DNA of 64,000 nucleotides from Trypethelium eluteriae (Eukaryota): NCBI GenBank assembly GCA_051942245.1, contig JAVECL010000006.1, positions 62,001 to 126,000 of the forward strand, read 5' to 3'. Shown piece by piece: positions 61,805 to 64,000 of this stretch (position 1 is its first letter; each line of letters starts with the position of its first letter). The notes under the pieces were generated by a model. It saw only the letters and a program-made list of their open reading frames with translations, ran no database searches and was not told where the DNA came from. The position numbers and the translations under genes were made by a program.

Positions 61805-64000
61805 TGCGGACTTTGACCAATACAACGGAGATCGGTGTAGGATCGCGAGCGATACAATCACAATGAGACTCACACTTGTCAGAATCGCAGAGTTCCAAGG
61901 AATTTGTAGAAGTTCGACTGCTGTCAGGGTTTGGTATCATTATGTCACACAGGGTCCTTGCTGGATGTAGCGTATATTCAGCTGTCAAGGAGACTAACGT
62001 TGAAGACAAGGGCGCTGTCAACGGTGATTTGGTAGCGAATCATAGAATGGAATCTTGAAGGATTGAACGAGTAGTCAGAGTTGATTGGTCACGTCACTAG
62101 TACAGCAACGGATCACGACGCTTGACTCTCAATGTCCAGCCGCACACCAGATGAAGTCCATGGCAATCATCAGCCCAAGGTGCCGGGTGAGCCTGCCACC
62201 TTTTCTGTATGAAGTACGGCCAAATATGGGTTTTGCTCGCCACGGAATCTAGGAGTGGATCAAGACTGCCCGTTTCGAGCTCTGCTTGGTTTCTGACTGC
62301 AGATGATGCAGGACCGAACCATTTTGTCCCCTCCTGCGGGGCTGTTGCGCACAAACCCAAAATCCAACTGGAGTTATTGTTCTCAAGCATAGAACTCTAT
62401 GGACTCCCGCCAGCACCTACTGTGTAATACATTGTTTGAATCGCAAAATTGAACGCTGAAAAAACGTGTTAGTTCATATTGCTCCCATATAAAGGTATCG
62501 ACCACAACGTGAGGTTGAGTATGGAAAGTGATCGCATCAAGTCGTGCTTGTGTCCGCAACTCCGCATTTGTAGTCTCTACCTGACAAGCTGAGCTTCCGT
62601 GTGTCCGTCGATAAGGAGAACTGAGGCATCTCATCATGATGGTGCGTGACTTCTTCTCTAGGAGTCCCCGAAAAACGTCCGAGAAAAGACAAAATGAATA
62701 CTCCGCGGAGATGACAGTTGCATGAGTGTGTAAGGTTGAGTACTGCTCCCGTACGTTTCGTTTACTCGTCGATTTGCCTTCAAGCAAACTCCACAGTCAG
62801 AAGATCAGTGGCTTGGTCCAGTGGCTCGTCAACAACTGTTGTGCTTCTATCGTCTGCTAGCTCATACTCTAGAGTCTAGCACGTTTATTGGACGTTGCAA
62901 CCTCTTGTCATGCCCGACAGTAGACCGTGAGTTCTCATGCAGCATGTGTGCGTCTTCTTCCAACACTGTGGTGCTACCTGCTTCGCGACGGAGGTGTTGA
63001 CAGAGTGCGGTGTCGGAGGCATACGGTGGACTGCTGAGTGGTCGTGTTGTAGTTCGAATCGTTCGCACTCTGGTGGGATCAAGGGAGTAGAGACGATGTA
63101 CCCGCATGGCAGCTACACCACCAGTAGGTCAAGGTCAGTCAAAGCGCAAAAGGAAAGGACGTCAAAGGGGTGAACGATGTAAAAAAGACGTGTAGTGGAA
63201 ACCTAACTTGGGTTGTCACAGGTGGCCTGCAAGCCGCTGTCCTAGTGAAAGCGTACATGCGGAGTCAAGTCCTCAGCGGAACGGCGGCGGTGTCGACGAA
63301 GGAGTGTTTAAAGCTCATCGTATTCTGCCTAGTCGAGTTGCTGCTGACTGCGAAGCCTTTCCACCGTTAGCATTGATGTCGTAAAGAGAGTATGCGTTCG
63401 GCAAGAGTGCACAGAAAGAGGCTGTAAGGGATCTGAGCGTACAATCTCGACTGCCCGTTCCAGTCGTTGTCGCTATCGCTATTCGGACACGTAATGAACG
63501 CACTTCGCTTCATACACCCAGATACTGCACAAGGGAACCAGACTGAGTCTGTAAACGGGACGAGTTTGTGTTGTTTGTGCTTGTTCCGAAAGATTGTCAT
63601 TGTCGTGGGATCTCCGTTGATGGATGAGTATATGGCTGTAGTAGGGTATGGAAATTGTAAACGCAATAGAAGTAACCCATTGGCAAAATAGCAAGTTTGG
63701 CAGTGACGCGGGAGTATCATCATGGCAAGAAAGTTTCTTTGTCAAGAAGCGTAGTACTACTACCTATAGTTTATGTATGGTTTGGGGGTGATGAAGCGCG
63801 CCTGATTATGAGTTTGTAGATCCGACTTTGCTGAGAATGTTCTGAAATGACAACAGCACCCTCACTAACACGCATCCGATTATTGCAGTTATCCGAGAGG
63901 CTGCAGTCATGGGGAAGAGAAGAGGCACGCAGTCTTAAGGTTTGTAAGGGGAGTGCCGCAAAGGAAGAGATCTGTAGAGTCAAAGATAAACACTGCTGCA

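Noticed and set aside
62000..64000. Cys-rich short ORFs upstream of the Zn2Cys6 gene
   Set aside because: Overlapping frames without domain motifs. The TF's true first exon is at 61716-61804.
1..64000. CRISPR arrays, tRNA/rRNA genes, full-length transposons, NRPS/PKS backbone genes
   Set aside because: None seen by eye. The DNA is eukaryotic, the only repeats are short minisatellites and one solo LTR, and the single adenylation enzyme is FATP-type.

Overview
This is 64 kb of intron-containing genomic DNA from a filamentous ascomycete (Pezizomycotina): GT-AG introns of mostly about 50 nt with CTRAC/CTRAT branch sites, Zn2Cys6 factors and a RID methyltransferase. Gene models were spliced by eye from the sequence, and family calls rest on recognised motifs, not database searches. 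The left part holds a PTS1-bearing fatty acyl-CoA synthetase (FATP type), a Cu-type P1B ATPase, and a head-to-head carboxyltransferase / biotin-carboxylase pair carrying PTS2 and PTS1-like signals. The main finding is at about 15-22 kb and is invisible in the ORF track: an 88-aa spliced, secreted, Kex2-repeat precursor (17441-17755, minus; repeats TGPPKIE[I/V]DLAD with no aromatic residue). It lies between a DUF3328/UstYa oxidase gene with two HxxHC motifs and a probable second, truncated DUF3328 gene, near a 2OG-Fe(II) oxygenase. This is a candidate fungal RiPP (dikaritin-type) cluster that appears to be partly decaying. The middle holds an MFS pump and VOC enzyme, RID/Masc1 DNA methyltransferase, ADE4, an amidohydrolase, MRS2/LPE10, a sugar porter, an MDR reductase, a thioesterase and a flavocytochrome b2-like gene. 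The right end has an NLR-like gene (SesB-type hydrolase, NB-ARC, TPR) inactivated by RIP and by a 229-bp solo LTR with a 5-bp target-site duplication, followed by a Zn2Cys6 transcription factor.
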